This document shows, in pieces, positions 18,167 to 36,834 of a stretch of DNA of 64,000 nucleotides. The stretch is taken from the NCBI RefSeq assembly GCF_009914755.1, contig NC_060938.1; one strand, 5' to 3'. Origin of the DNA: the human T2T-CHM13v2.0 reference genome, Homo sapiens. A program made the translations under genes and the position numbers. The first letter of the stretch is position 1. Each line of letters begins with the position of its first letter. A model generated the notes under the pieces. It made no database searches. It was not told the DNA's origin and worked only from the letters and a program-made list of their open reading frames with translations.

Positions 18167-19087
18167 GTTTCTCTTTCTCTCTCTGTCTGTCTCTGTCTTT
18201 CTCTGTCTGTCTCTTTCTCTGTCTGTCTGTCTCCTTCTCTCTGTCTCCGTCTCTGTCTCTCTCTCTCTGTCTCTCTCTCTCTGCCTGTCTCACTGTGTCT
18301 GTCTTCTGTCTTATTCTCTTTCTCTGTCTGTCTGTCTCTCTCTCTCCCTTCCTGTCTCTTTCTCTCTCTCTCTCTCTTTCTGTCTGTTTCTCTCTGCCTG
18401 TCTCCGTCTTTCTCTGTCTGCCTCTCTCTTTCTTTTTCTGCGTCTCTCTGTCTCTCTCTCTCTGTGCCTATCTTCTGTCTTACTCTGTTTCTCTGCCTGC
18501 CTGTCTGTCTGTCTGTCTCTCTCTCTCTCTGTCTCTCTCTCTTTCTGTCTGTTTCTCTCTGTCTCTCTGTCCATCTCTGTCTTTCTCTGTCCGTCTCTCT
18601 CTTTCTCCCTGTCTCTGTCTCTGCCTCTGCCTCTCTCTCTCTCTGTCTCTCTCTTTCTATCTGTTTCTCTCTGTCTCTCTGTCCATCTCTGTCTTTCTCT
18701 GTCTGTCTCTCTCTTTCTCCCTGTCTCTGTCTCTGCCTCTCTCTCTCTCTCTCTGTCTGTCTCTCTCACTGTGTGTGTGTCTCTGTCTCTGCCTCTCTCT
18801 CTCTCTCTCTCTCTGTCTGTCTCTCTCACTGTGTGTGTCTGTCTTCTGTCTTACTCTCCTTCTCTGCCTGTCCGTCTGTCTGTCTGTCTCTCCCTCTCTC
18901 TCCCTCCCTTTCTGTTTCTCTCTCTCTCTCTCTCTCTTTCTGTCTGTTTCTCTCTTTCTCTCTCTGTCTGTCTCTTTCTCTGTCTGTCTGTCTCTCTCTT
19001 TCTTTTTCTCTGTCTCTCTGTCTCTCTCTGTGCCTGTCTCTCTGTCTGTGCCTATCTTCTGTCTTACTCTCTTTCTCTGGCTGACTG

Positions 19088-19130
<43 letters not shown>

Positions 19131-19231
19131 GTCTCCGTCCCTCCCTCCCTGTCTGTCTGTTTCTCTCTCTGTCCATTTCTGTCTGTCTCTTTCTCTTTCT
19201 CTCTCTTTCTTTCTCTCTGTCTCTCTCTGTC

Positions 19232-19280
<49 letters not shown>

Positions 19281-19488
19281 CTCTCTCACTGTGTCGGTCT
19301 TCTGTCTTACTCTCTTTCTCTGCCTGCCTCTCTGTCTGTCTGTCTGTCTCTCTCCCTCCATGTCTCTCTCTCTCTCTCTCTCACTCACTGTCTCTCCGTC
19401 TCTCTCTCTTTCTGTCTGTTTCTCTCTGTCTCTGTCTTTCTGTGTGTCTGTCTGTCTCTCTCTCTATTTGTCTTTCTCCCTCCCTGTC

Positions 19489-19529
<41 letters not shown>

Positions 19530-19600
19530 GTCTGTCTGTTTCTCTCTATCTCTCGCTGTCCATCTCTGTCTTTCTATGTCTGTCTCTTTCTCTGTCAGTC
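16950..19600 (+). repeat. Pyrimidine-rich (CT/CTGT)n block 1, ~21.4-24 kb from the TSS (IGS22 / PNCTR region)
   Basis: Nearly A-free CT/GT repeat with the recurring anchor TCTTCTGTCTTACTCT. Confidence 0.93.
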
Positions 19601-19858
19601 TGTCAGACACCCCCGTGCCGGGTAGGGCCCTGCCCCTTCCACGAAAGTGAGAAGCGCGTGCTTCGGTGCTTAGAGAGGCCGAGAGGAATCTAGACAGGCG
19701 GGCCTTGCTGGGCTTCCCCACTCGGTGTATGATTTCGGGAGGTCGAGGCCGGGTCCCCGCTTGGATGCGAGGGGCATTTTCAGACTTTTCTCTCGGTCAC
19801 GTGTGGCGTCCGTACTTCTCCTATTTCCCCGATAAGCTCCTCGACTTCAACATAAACG

Positions 19859-24419
<4,561 letters not shown>

Positions 24420-24424
24420 TGTTA

Positions 24425-24635
24425 AGGCCGGACGCAACACGGCGAAACCCCGTCTCTACTAAAAATACAAAGCTGAGTCGGGAGCGGTGGGGCAGGCCCC
24501 TGTAATGCCAGCTCCTCGGGAGGCTGAGGCGGGAGAATCGCTTGAACCAGGGAAGCGGAGGCTGCAGGGAGCCGAGATCGCGCCACTGCACTACGGCCCA
24601 GGCTGTAGAGTGAGTGAGACTCGGTCTCTAAATAA
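24425..24635 (+). mobile_element. Internally deleted Alu
   Basis: GGCCGG..CAACACGGCGAAACCCCGTCTCTACTAAAAATACAAA..GAGATCGCGCCACTGCAC. Confidence 0.8.
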
Positions 24636-25994
24636 ATACGGAAATTAATTAATTCATTAATTCTTTTCCCTGCTGACGGACATTTGCAGGCAGGCATCGG
24701 TTGTCTTCGGGCATCACCTAGCGGCCACTGTTATTGAAAGTCGACGTGACACGGAGGGAGGTCTCGCCGACTTCACCGAGCCTGGGGCAACGGGTTTCTC
24801 TCTCTCCCTTCTGGAGGCCCCTCCCTCTCTCCCTCGTTGCCTAGGGAACCTCGCCTAGGGAACCTCCGCCCTGGCGGGGGCCCTATTGTTCTTTGATCGG
24901 CGCTTTACTTTTCTTTGTGTTTTGGCGCCTAGACTCTTCTACTTGGGCTTTGGGAAGGGTCAGTTTAATTTTCAAGTTGCCCCCCGGCTCCCCCCACTAC
25001 CCACGTCCCTTCACCTTAATTTAGTGAGTCGGTTAGGTGGGTTTCCCCCAAACCGCCCCCCCCCCCCCCCCGCCTCCCAACACCCTGCTTGGAAACCTTC
25101 CAGAGCCACCCCGGTGTGCCTCCGTCTTCTCTCCCCTTCCCCCACCCCTTGCCGGCGATCTCATTCTTGCCAGGCTGACATTTGCATCGGTGGGCGTCAG
25201 GCCTCACTCGGGGGCCACCGTTTTTGAAGATGGGGGCGGCACGGTCCCACTTCCCCGGAGGCAGCTTGGGCCGATGGCATAGCCCCTTGACCCGCGTGGG
25301 CAAGCGGGCGGGTCTGCAGTTGTGAGGCTTTTCCCCCCGCTGCTTCCCGCCTCAGGCCTCCCTCCCTAGGAAAGCTTCACCCTGGCTGGGTCTCGGTCAC
25401 CTTTTATCACGATGTTTTAGTTTCTCCGCCCTCCGGCCAGCAGAGTTTCACAATGCGAAGGGCGCCACGGCTCTAGTCTGGGCCTTCTCAGTACTTGCCC
25501 AAAATAGAAACGCTTTCTGAAAACTAATAACTTTGCTCACTTAAGATTTCCAGGGACGGCGCCTTGGCCCGTGTTTGTTGGCTTGTTTTGTTTCGTTCTG
25601 TTTTGTTTTGTTCGTGTTTTTCCTTTCTCGTATGTCTTTCTTTTCAGGTGAAGTAGAAATCCCCAGTTTTCAGGAAGACGTCTATTTTCCCCAAGACACG
25701 TTAGCTGCCGTTTTTTCCTGTTGTGAACTAGCGCTTTTGTGACTCTCTCAACGTGCAGTGAGAGCCGGTTGATGTTTACTATCCTTCATCATGACATCTT
25801 ATTTTCTAGAAATCCGTAGGCGAATGCTGCTGCTGCTCTTGTTGCTGTTGTTGTTGTTGTTGTTGTCGTCGTTGCTGTTGTCGTTGTCGTTGTTGTTGTC
25901 GTTGTCGTTGTTTTCAAAGTATACCCCGGCCACCGTTTATGGGATCAAAAGCATTATAAAATATGTGTGATTATTTCTTGAGCACGCCCTTCCT

Positions 25995-26583
25995 CCCCCT
26001 CTCTCTGTCTCTCTGTCTGTCTCTGTCTCTCTCTTTCTCTGTCTGTCTTCTCTCTCTCTCTCTCTGTGTCTCTCTCTCTCTGCCTGTCTGTTTCTCTCTC
26101 TCTGCCTCTCTCTCTCTCTCTCTCTCTGCCTGTCTCTCTCACTGTGTCTGTCTTCTGTCTTACTCCCTTTCTCTGTCTGTCTGTCGGTCTCTCTCTCTCT
26201 CTCTCCCTGTCTGTATGTTTCTCTCTGTCTCTGTCTCTCTCTCTCTTTCTGTTTCTCTCTCTCCGTCTCTGTCTTTCTCTGACTGTCTCTCTCTTTCCTT
26301 CTCTCTGTCTCTCTCTGCCTGTCTCTCTCACTCTGTCTTCTGTCTTACTCTCTCTCTCTGCCTGCCTGTCTCTCTCACTCTCTCTCTCTGTGTGTCTCTC
26401 TCTCTCTTTCTGTTTCTCTCTGTCTCTCTGTCCGTCTCTGTCTTTCTCTGTCTGTCTCTTTGTCTGTCTGTCTTTGTCTTTCCTTCTCTCTGTCTCTGTC
26501 TCTCTCACTGTGTCTGTCTTCTGTCTTAGTCTCTCTCTCTCTCTCTCCCTGTCTGTCTGTCTCTCTCTCTCTCTCCCCCTGTC

Positions 26584-26626
<43 letters not shown>

Positions 26627-27181
26627 TTGTCTTTCTTTCTGTCTCTGTCTCTCTCTCTCTCTCTGTGTGTCTGTCTTCTGTCTTACTGTCTTTCTCTGCC
26701 TGTCTGTCTGTCTGTCTCTCTCTGTCTGTCTCTCTCTCTCTCTCCCCCCTGTCGGCTGTTTCTCTGTCTCTGTCTGTGTCTCTCTTTCTGTCTGTTTCTC
26801 TCTGTCTGTCTTTCTCTCTCTGTCTCTTTCTCTCTGTCTCTCTGTCTGTCTCTGTCTCTCTCTCTGTCTCTCTCTCTCTGTGGGGGTGTGTGTGTGTGTG
26901 TGTATGTGTGTGTGTGTGTGTGTGTGTGTCTGCCTTCTGTCTTACTCTCTTTCTCTGCCTGTCTGTCTGCCTGTCTGTTTGTCTCTCTCTCTCTGCCTGT
27001 CTCTCTCCCTTCCTGTCTGTTTCTCTCTCTTTCTGTTTCTCTCTGTCTCTGTCCATCTCTGTCTTTCTCCGTCTGTCTCTTTATCTGTCTCTCTCCGTCT
27101 GTCTCTTTATCTGTCTCTCTCTCTCTTTCTGTCTTTCTCTCTCTGTGTATCGTTGTCTCTCTCTGTCTGTCTCTGTCTCTG

Positions 27182-27214
<33 letters not shown>

Positions 27215-27270
27215 GTCTGTCTGTCCGTCTGTCTGTCTCGGTCTCTGGCTCTCGCTATCTCCCGCCCTCT
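25995..27270 (+). repeat. Pyrimidine-rich CT block 3
   Basis: Same TCTTCTGTCTTAC anchor; (TG)n insert at ~26886. Confidence 0.9.
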
Positions 27271-28557
27271 CTTTTTTTGCAAAAGAAGCTCAAGTACATC
27301 TAATCTAATCCCTTACCAAGGCCTGAATTCTTCACTTCTGACATCCCAGATTTGATCTCCCTACAGAATGCTGTACAGAACTGGCGAGTTGATTTCTGGA
27401 CTTGGATACCTCATAGAAACTACATATGAATAAAGATCCAATCCTAAAATCTGGGGTGGCTTCTCCCTCGACTGTCTCGAAAAATCGTACCTCTGTTCCC
27501 CTAGGATGCCGGAAGAGTTTTCTCAATGTGCATCTGCCCGTGTCCTAAGTGATCTGTGACCGAGCCCTGTCCGTCCTGTCTCAAATATGTACGTGCAAAC
27601 ACTTCTCTCCATTTCCACAACTACCCACGGCCCCTTGTGGAACCACTGGCTCTTTGAAAAAAATCCCAGAAGTGGTTTTGGCTTTTTGGCTAGGAGGCCT
27701 AAGCCTGCTGAGAACTTTCCTGCCCAGGATCCTGTGTGACCAAAAGTGCCTCTGCTGGGAGCTGGGATCCTCGGGACCATGCTTGCTAGCGCTGGATGAG
27801 TCTCTGGAAGGACGCACGGGACTCCGCAAAGCTGACCTGTCCCACCGAGGTCAAATGGATACCTCTGCATTGGCCCGAGGCCTCCGAAGTACATCACCGT
27901 CACCAACCGTCACCGTCAGCATCCTTGTGAGCCTGCCCAAGGCCCCGCCTCCGGGGAGACTCTTGGGAGCCCGGCCTTCGTCGGCTAAAGTCCAAAGGGA
28001 TGGTGACTTCCACCCACAAGGTCCCCACTGAACGGCGAAGATGTGGAGCGTAGGTCAGAGAGGGGACCAGGAGGGGAGACGTCCCGACAGGCGACGAGTT
28101 CCCAAGGCTCTGGCCACCCCACCCACGCCCCACGCCCCACGTCCCGGGCACCCGCGGGACACCGCCGCTTTATCCCCTCCTCTGTCCACAGCCAGCCCCA
28201 CCCCACCACGCAACCCACGCACACACGCTGGAGGTTCCAAAACCACACGGTGTGACTAGAGCCTGACGGAGCGAGAGCCCATTTCACGAGGTGGGAGGGG
28301 TGGGGGTGGGGTGGGTTGGGGGTTGTGGGGTCTGTGGCGAGCCCGATTCTCCCTCTTGGGTGGCTACAGGCTAGAAATGAATATCGCTTCTTGGGCGGAG
28401 GGGCTTCCTTAGGCCATCACCGCTTGCGGGACTACCTCTCAAACCCTCCCTTGAGGCCACAAAATAGATTCCACCCCACCCATCGACGTTTCCCCCGGGT
28501 GCTGGATGTATCCTGTCAAGAGACCTGAGCCTGACACCGTCGAATTAAACACCTTGA

Positions 28558-28775
<218 letters not shown>

Positions 28776-28840
28776 TTGGTTTTCACTGGAGATTCTAGAT
28801 TCGAGCCACACCTCATTCCGTGCCACAGAGAGACTTCTTT

Positions 28841-31800
28841 TTTTTTTTTTTTTTAAGCGCAACGCAACATGTCTGCCTTATTTGAGTGGCTTCCTATATC
28901 ATTATAATTGTGTTATAGATGAAGAAACGGTATTAAACACTGTGCTAATGATAGTGAAAGTGAAGACAAAAGAAAGGCTATCTATTTTGTGGTTAGAATA
29001 AAGTTGCTCAGTATTTAGAGCTACCTAAATACGTCAGCATTTACACTCTTCCTAGTAAAAGCTGGCCAATCTGAATAATCCTCCTTTAAACAAACACAAT
29101 TTTTGATAGGGTTAAGATTTTTTTAAGAATGCGACTCCTGCAAAATAGCTGAACAGACGATACACATTTAAAAAAATAACAACACAAGGATCAACCAGAC
29201 TTGGGAAAAAATCGAAAACCACACAAGTCTTATGAAGAACTGAGTTCTTAAAATAGGACGGAGAACGTAGCTATCGGAAGAGAAGGCAGTATTGGCAAGT
29301 TGATTGTTACGTTGGTCAGCAGTAGCTGGCACTATCTTTTTGGCCATCTTTCGGGCAATGTAACTACTACAGCAAAATGAGATATGATCCATTAAACAAC
29401 ATATTCGCAAATCAAAAAGTGTTTCAGTAATATAATGCTTCAGATTTAGAAGCAAATCAAATGATAGAACTCCACTGCTGTAATAAGTCACCCCAAAGAT
29501 CACCGTATCTGACAAAATAACTACCACAGGGTTATGACTTCAGAATCATACTTTCTCTTGATATTTACTTATGTATGTATTTATTTTTTTTAATTTATTT
29601 CTCTTGAGACGGCGTCTCGCTCTGTCGCCCAGGCTGGAGTGCGATGGTGTGATCTCGGCTCACTGCAACCGCCACCTCCCTGGGTTCAAGCGATTCTCCT
29701 GCCTCAGCCTCCCGAGTAGCTGGGACTACAGGTGCCCGCCACCACGCCCAGCTAATCTTTATACTTTTAATAGAGACGGGGTTTCACCGTGTCGGCCCGG
29801 ATGGTCTCGATCTCTTGACCTCGTGACCCGCCCGCCTCGGCCTCCCAAAGTGCTGGGATGACAGGCGTGAGCCACTGAGCCCGGCCTTCTCTTGACGTTT
29901 AAACTATGAAGTCAGTCCAGAGAAACGCAATAAATGTCAACGGTGAGGATGGTGTTGAGGCAGAAGTAGGACCACACTTTTTCCTATCTTATTCAGTTGA
30001 TAACAATATGACCTAGGTAGTAATTTCCTATGTGCCTACTTATACACGAGTACAAAAGAGTAAAACAGAGAGACTGCTAAATTAAAGGGTACGTGAAGTT
30101 CTTCATAGTAACTCCGTAAACTGGAACACTGTCAAAAAGCAGCAGCTAGTGAATTGTTTCCATGTATTTTTCTATGATCCAATAAGTGAACTATGCTATT
30201 CCTTTCCAGTCTCCCAAGCACTTCTTGTCCCCATCACCACTTCGGTGCTCGAAGAAAAAGTAACAAATCAAGGAACACAACTAAAGAAACACACACACAA
30301 ACCAAAGACAACTACAGCGTCTGCAAAAGTTTGCTAGAAGACTGAAACTGTTGAGTATAAGGATCTGGTATTCTACGATCATGAGTTCACTTCAGAGTTT
30401 GTTCAAGACATACGTTTCGTAAGGAAACATCTTAGTTAGAAGTTATTCAGCAGTAGGTACCATCCCTAAGTATTTTTCACCAAATTCGTGACAATAAAGA
30501 GCTATCTAACCAGAAAAATTAGCGAGTACCGGCACCATCCATAGGGCTTTGTCTTTACGCTTCATTAGCACTTACCATGCCTTACAATGTCTAGGATTGA
30601 CCCTGATAGCATTTCGAAAACAAGCTAATGCTTTGTCCAGTTCTTCAGTGAAGACAAGCTCACGCCCTAATGCGCTATAGGCATAAGCATCATTTGGATC
30701 CACTTCGAGAGTTCTCTGGAAGAATTGAATCGCAATATCGTGTTCCCGTTGCAGACCGAAACAGTTCCCTGCAGCACACCAGGCCTCTGGCTGGCGAATT
30801 TTTATCCATGTCTGTGAAGTCTTTGGACAGAACTGAAAGAGCAACCTCTTTCGGAGGATGCCAAAGTGTTGTAGAGTAGATCTCCATGCCTTCGACTCTG
30901 TAATTCTCAATCCTCCTAACCTCTGAGAATTGTCTTTCAGCTTGCGTGGACTCTGAAAGTTTACAATAGGCCCTTCCGATTTGGCACAGTACCCAACCGG
31001 TATTGCAGTGGTGAGAAGCTAGATGGCTCAAGATGCTGATAGCTTCTTTGCCGTGGTAAGAACACAAAGCTAAATAACCTTTCCCCCTTTCACGAAGAAG
31101 GCTCATCAAGCCTTCCGCTGCTGCTTTTTGTAGATTAAAAGCCTGAATCTGAGGCGCGATTGCGGCTATTTTCCCTTCTGAAATGACGGAAGAGTCCAAT
31201 TTTGTCACTTCCAGGCTATCACTTATGTTCGGTGGAGTTATTGCTCCTTTATTAGTTTTACTTTTGGTTCTTCTGTTTGGGATTTTAGGTGGAAACTTCA
31301 TTTTTAATTTTCTCCTATTCTCCTCGGTTGTGGAGCTGTCACTAGTCAAGAGTCGTGAATTTCTTCGAGGCGGTGCATTTGGGGGAGATGCCATAGTGGG
31401 GCTCAATACCTGAGGTGTTGCCCTTGTCGGCGGACCAGAACTTTGTGTTTTTGCAAGGACTGGAGTTACCTTTCGGCTCTTTCCCCTCTGCGAGAAGACA
31501 GACGGTGTTCCGGTTTGGCCGATTCTGGCAACAGGCTTTTTTGAAGGGGCTCCGGTGGATGGCACGTCAATGACAGACGGTGTCTCATACCAGTGCAGTT
31601 TTGTCAATAGGGTCCGTCTCCGGGACTTGGGGTTTCTAATGGCAAAATGCCAACACTTGGGGTTAATGGACTAACAGCTGCTGGTCCTCCTAATAAACTT
31701 CGACCAGTTTTTGGTTTATGTTGAACCTGTTTAGATCATATGGAAGTTCCTGTTCCCAGTGGGACAGTATCAGGTGAAAGGACAGCTGAATCGATAGAAG

Positions 31801-32635
31801 ACACTGGGGAGTCTGTATTCAAGGAGTACTTTGAATTGGAAGATTCTAAATTCCATCCGTTTCATTCGACGGTGTCCTGGGGTGTTTCCGTAAGAACGGT
31901 CTCGGGCTGTCTGTGACATAAACTAGGACGAGGTCCAAGTGTTGTGGCGCAACACTTGGACAGGCAGTTGCTAAAGCTCTCTAGAGAGGTGAATCAAAAT
32001 GTTTGGTCAGGATCTGGCTTTTCCCCCCTATTTCACATCATGATTCAAAGGGACACCAGAGGAAAGGATTTCAACGAAGGCTCTTTTGGTCACATTCTGA
32101 TCCTTTGGTAAGCCGATCTGTCTTGCAATATACATGTCCCGACGATGGAAGGGGAAAGCGAGCTGAATCACCAAACTCAGGAACGATAATATCATCGTGG
32201 CTTTTCTGCTTATGAAACACTCCACCCGATAAGATTTGATCCCCTTCTGCAAGCTTGCTGAGATCAACACAACATTTCGCAAGCAGGCATTTGCATTGCG
32301 GGGTAGTACAACTGTGTCCTTTCAAGAGTCTATATGTTTTATAGGCCTTTCCTGAGCGGTAAGAACAGGTCGCCAGTAAGAACAAGGCTTCTTCTGAGTG
32401 TACTTCTGCATAAAGGCGTTCTGCGGGGGAAACCGCATCTCGGTAGGCATAGTGGTTTAGTGCTTGCCATATAGCAGCCTGGACGGGTCCCTGCAGCACC
32501 GCCATCCTCGAGGCTCAGGCCCACTTTCTGCAGTGCCACAGGCACCCCCCCCCCCCCCATAGCGGCTCCGGCCCGGCCAGCCTCGGCTCATTTAAAGGCA
32601 CCAGCCGCCGTTACCGGGGGATGGGGGAGTCCGAG
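28841..32635 (-). pseudogene. CDC27P: CDC27 (APC3) retrocopy: 5'UTR and spliced coding exons (ATG 32505 to 30576), then an unspliced 3' segment and poly(A)
   Basis: ORF pieces MAVLQGPVQAAIWQALNHYAYRDAV.., ..QAFNLQKAAAEGLMSLLRE.., ..PEAWCAAGNCF..NAIRVNPRH match CDC27, with stops and frameshifts; T17 at 28838-28854; TSD-like flanks. Confidence 0.95.
29580..29886 (-). mobile_element. Full-length Alu inside the 3' segment of the CDC27 retrocopy
   Basis: GAGACGGCGTCTCGCTCTGTCGCCCAGGCTGGAGTGC...GAGCCACTGAGCCCGGCC. Confidence 0.92.
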
Positions 32636-33159
32636 ACAGAATGACTTCTTTATCCTGCTGACTCTGGAAAGCCCGGCGCCTTGTGATCCATTGCAAACCG
32701 AGAGTCACCTCGTGTTTAGAACACGGATCCACTCCCAAGTTCAGTGGGGGGATGTGAGGGGTGTGGCAGGTAGGACGAAGGACTCTCTTCCTTCTGATTC
32801 GGTCTGCACAGTGGGGCCTAGGGCTGGAGCTCTCTCCGTGCGGACCGCTGACTCCCTCTACCTTGGGTTCCCTCGGCCCCACCCTGGAACGCCGGGCCTT
32901 GGCAGATTCTGGCCCTTCCTGGCCCTTCAGTCGCTGTCAGAAACCCCATCTCATGCTCGGATGCCCCGAGTGACTGTGGCTCGCACCTCTCCGGAAACAT
33001 TGGAAATCTCTCCTCTACGCGCGGCCACCTGAAACCACAGGAGCTCGGGACACACGTGCTTTCGGGAGAGAATGCTGAGAGTCTCTTGCCGACTCTCTCT
33101 TGACTTGAGTTCTTCGTGGGTGCGTGGTTAAGACGTAGTGAGACCAGATGTATTAACTC

Positions 33160-33320
33160 AGGCCGGGTGCTGGTGGCTCACGCCTGTAACCCCAACACTT
33201 TGGGAGGCCGAGGCCGTAGGATCCCTCGAGGAATCGCCTAACCCTGGGGAGGTTGAGGTTGCAGTGAGTGAGCCATAGTTGTGTCACTGTGCTCCAGTCT
33301 GGGCGAAAGACAGAATGAGG
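33160..33320 (+). mobile_element. Alu monomer or deleted Alu
   Basis: GGCCGGGTGCTGGTGGCTCACGCCTGTAACCCCAACACTTTGGGAGGCCGAGG. Confidence 0.8.
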
Positions 33321-33424
33321 CCCTGCCACAGGCAGGCAGGCAGGCAGGCAGGCAGAAAGACAACAGCTGTATTATGTTCTTCTCAGGGTAGGAAGCAAAA
33401 ATAACAGAATACAGCACTTAATTA

Positions 33425-34308
<884 letters not shown>

Positions 34309-35110
34309 CCCCCCCTTTCCCCTTCCCCCGCTTGTCTTCCCGACAGACAGTTTCACGGCAGAGCGTTTGGCTGGCGTGCTTAAACTCATTCTAAATAGAA
34401 ATTTGGGACGTCAGCTTCTGGCCTCACGGACTCTGAGCCGAGGAGTCCCCTGGTCTGTCTATCACAGGACCGTACACGTAAGGAGGAGAAAAATCGTAAC
34501 GTTCAAAGTCAGTCATTTTGTGATACAGAAATACACGGATTCACCCAAAACACAGAAAGCAGTCTTTTAGAAATGGCCTTAGCCCTGGTGTCCGTGCCAG
34601 TGATTCTTTTCGGTTTGGACCTTGACTGAGAGGATTCCCAGTCGGTCTCTCGTCTCTGGACGGAAGTTCCAGATGATCCGATGGGTGGGGGACTTAGGCT
34701 GCGTCCCCCCAGGAGCCCTGGTCGATTAGTTGTGGGGATCGCCTTGGAGGGCGCGGTGACCCACTGTGCTGTGGGAGCCTCCATCCTTCCCCCCACCCCC
34801 TCCCCAGGGGATCCCAATTCATTCCGGGCTGACACGCTCACTGGCAGGCGTCGGGCATCACCTAGCGGTCACTGTTACTCTGAAAACGGAGGCCTCACAG
34901 AGGAAGGGAGCACCAGGCCGCCTGCGCACAGCCTGGGGCAACTGTGTCTTCTCCACCGCCCCCGCCCCCACCTCCAAGTTCCTCCCTCCCTTGTTGCCTA
35001 GGAAATCGCCACTTTGACGACCGGGTCTGATTGACCTTTGATCAGGCAAAAACGAACAAACAGATAAATAAATAAAATAACACAAAAGTAACTAACTAAA
35101 TAAAATAAGT

Positions 35111-35256
35111 CAATACAACCCATTACAATACAATAAGATACGATACGATAGGATGCGATAGGATACGATAGGATACAATACAATACGATACGATACAATA
35201 CAATACAATACAATACAATACAATACAATACAATACAATACAATACAATACAATAC
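35111..35256 (+). repeat. (ATACA)n pentanucleotide with ATACG/ATAGG variant units
   Basis: Read directly from the sequence. Confidence 0.9.
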
Positions 35257-36089
<833 letters not shown>

Positions 36090-36360
36090 TTAACTTCATT
36101 TTATGTTATTATCATGATTGATGTTTCGAGACGGAGTCTCGGAGGCCCGCCCTCCCTGGTTGCCCAGACAACCCCGGGAGACAGACCCTGGCTGGGCCCG
36201 ATTGTTCTTCTCCTTGGTCAGGGGTTTCCTTGTCTTTCTTCGTGTCTTTAACCCGCGTGGACTCTTCCGCTCGGGTTTGACAGATGGCAGCTCCACTTTA
36301 GGCCTTGTTGTTGTTGGGGACTTTCCTGATTCTCCCCAGATGTAGTGAAAGCAGGTAGAT

Positions 36361-36394
36361 TTGCCTTGCCTGGACTTGCCTGGCCTTGCCTTTT
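36361..36394. promoter_or_regulatory. RGC (ribosomal gene cluster) p53 response element
   Basis: TTGCCTTGCCTGGACTTGCCTGGCCTTGCCTTTT is the classic RGC p53 site, with half-sites GGACTTGCCT and GGCCTTGCCT. Confidence 0.85.
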
Positions 36395-36424
36395 CTTTCT
36401 TTCTTTCTTTATTACTTTCTCTTT

Positions 36425-36785
36425 TTCTTCTTCTTCTTCTTCTTCTTCTTCTTCTTCTTCTTCTTCTTCTTCTTCTTCTTCTTCTTCTTCTTCTTTTTTT
36501 TTTTGAGACAGAGTTTCACTCTTGTTGCCCAGGCTAGAGGGCAATGGTGCGATCTCGGCTCACCGCACCCTCCGCCTCCCAGGTTCAAGCGATTCTCCTG
36601 CCTCAGCCTCCTGATTAGCTGGGATTACAGGCATGGGCCACCGTGCCTGGCTGATGTTTGTACTTTTAGTAGAGACGGTGTTTTTCCATGTTGGTCAGGC
36701 TGGTCTCCCACTCCCAACCTCAGGTGGTCCGCCTGCCTTAGCCTCCCAAAGTGCTGGGATGACAGGCGTGAGCCACCGCGCCCAG

Positions 36786-36787
<2 letters not shown>
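36425..36787 (-). mobile_element. AluSp-like element with a (TTC)~23 tail
   Basis: GAGTTTCACTCTTGTTGCCCAGGCT..GCAATGG..CTCACCGCA; TTC repeat at 36425-36493. Confidence 0.9.

Positions 36788-36834
<47 letters not shown>

Noticed and set aside
27300-28550. Unique IGS segment with several short ORFs
   Set aside because: No repeat, RNA gene or protein similarity that I can recognise; a Dfam/BLAST search is needed before any call
29168-29527. 119-aa minus-strand ORF in AT-rich sequence
   Set aside because: No recognisable homology; lies in the presumed retained intron of the CDC27 retrocopy and is consistent with chance
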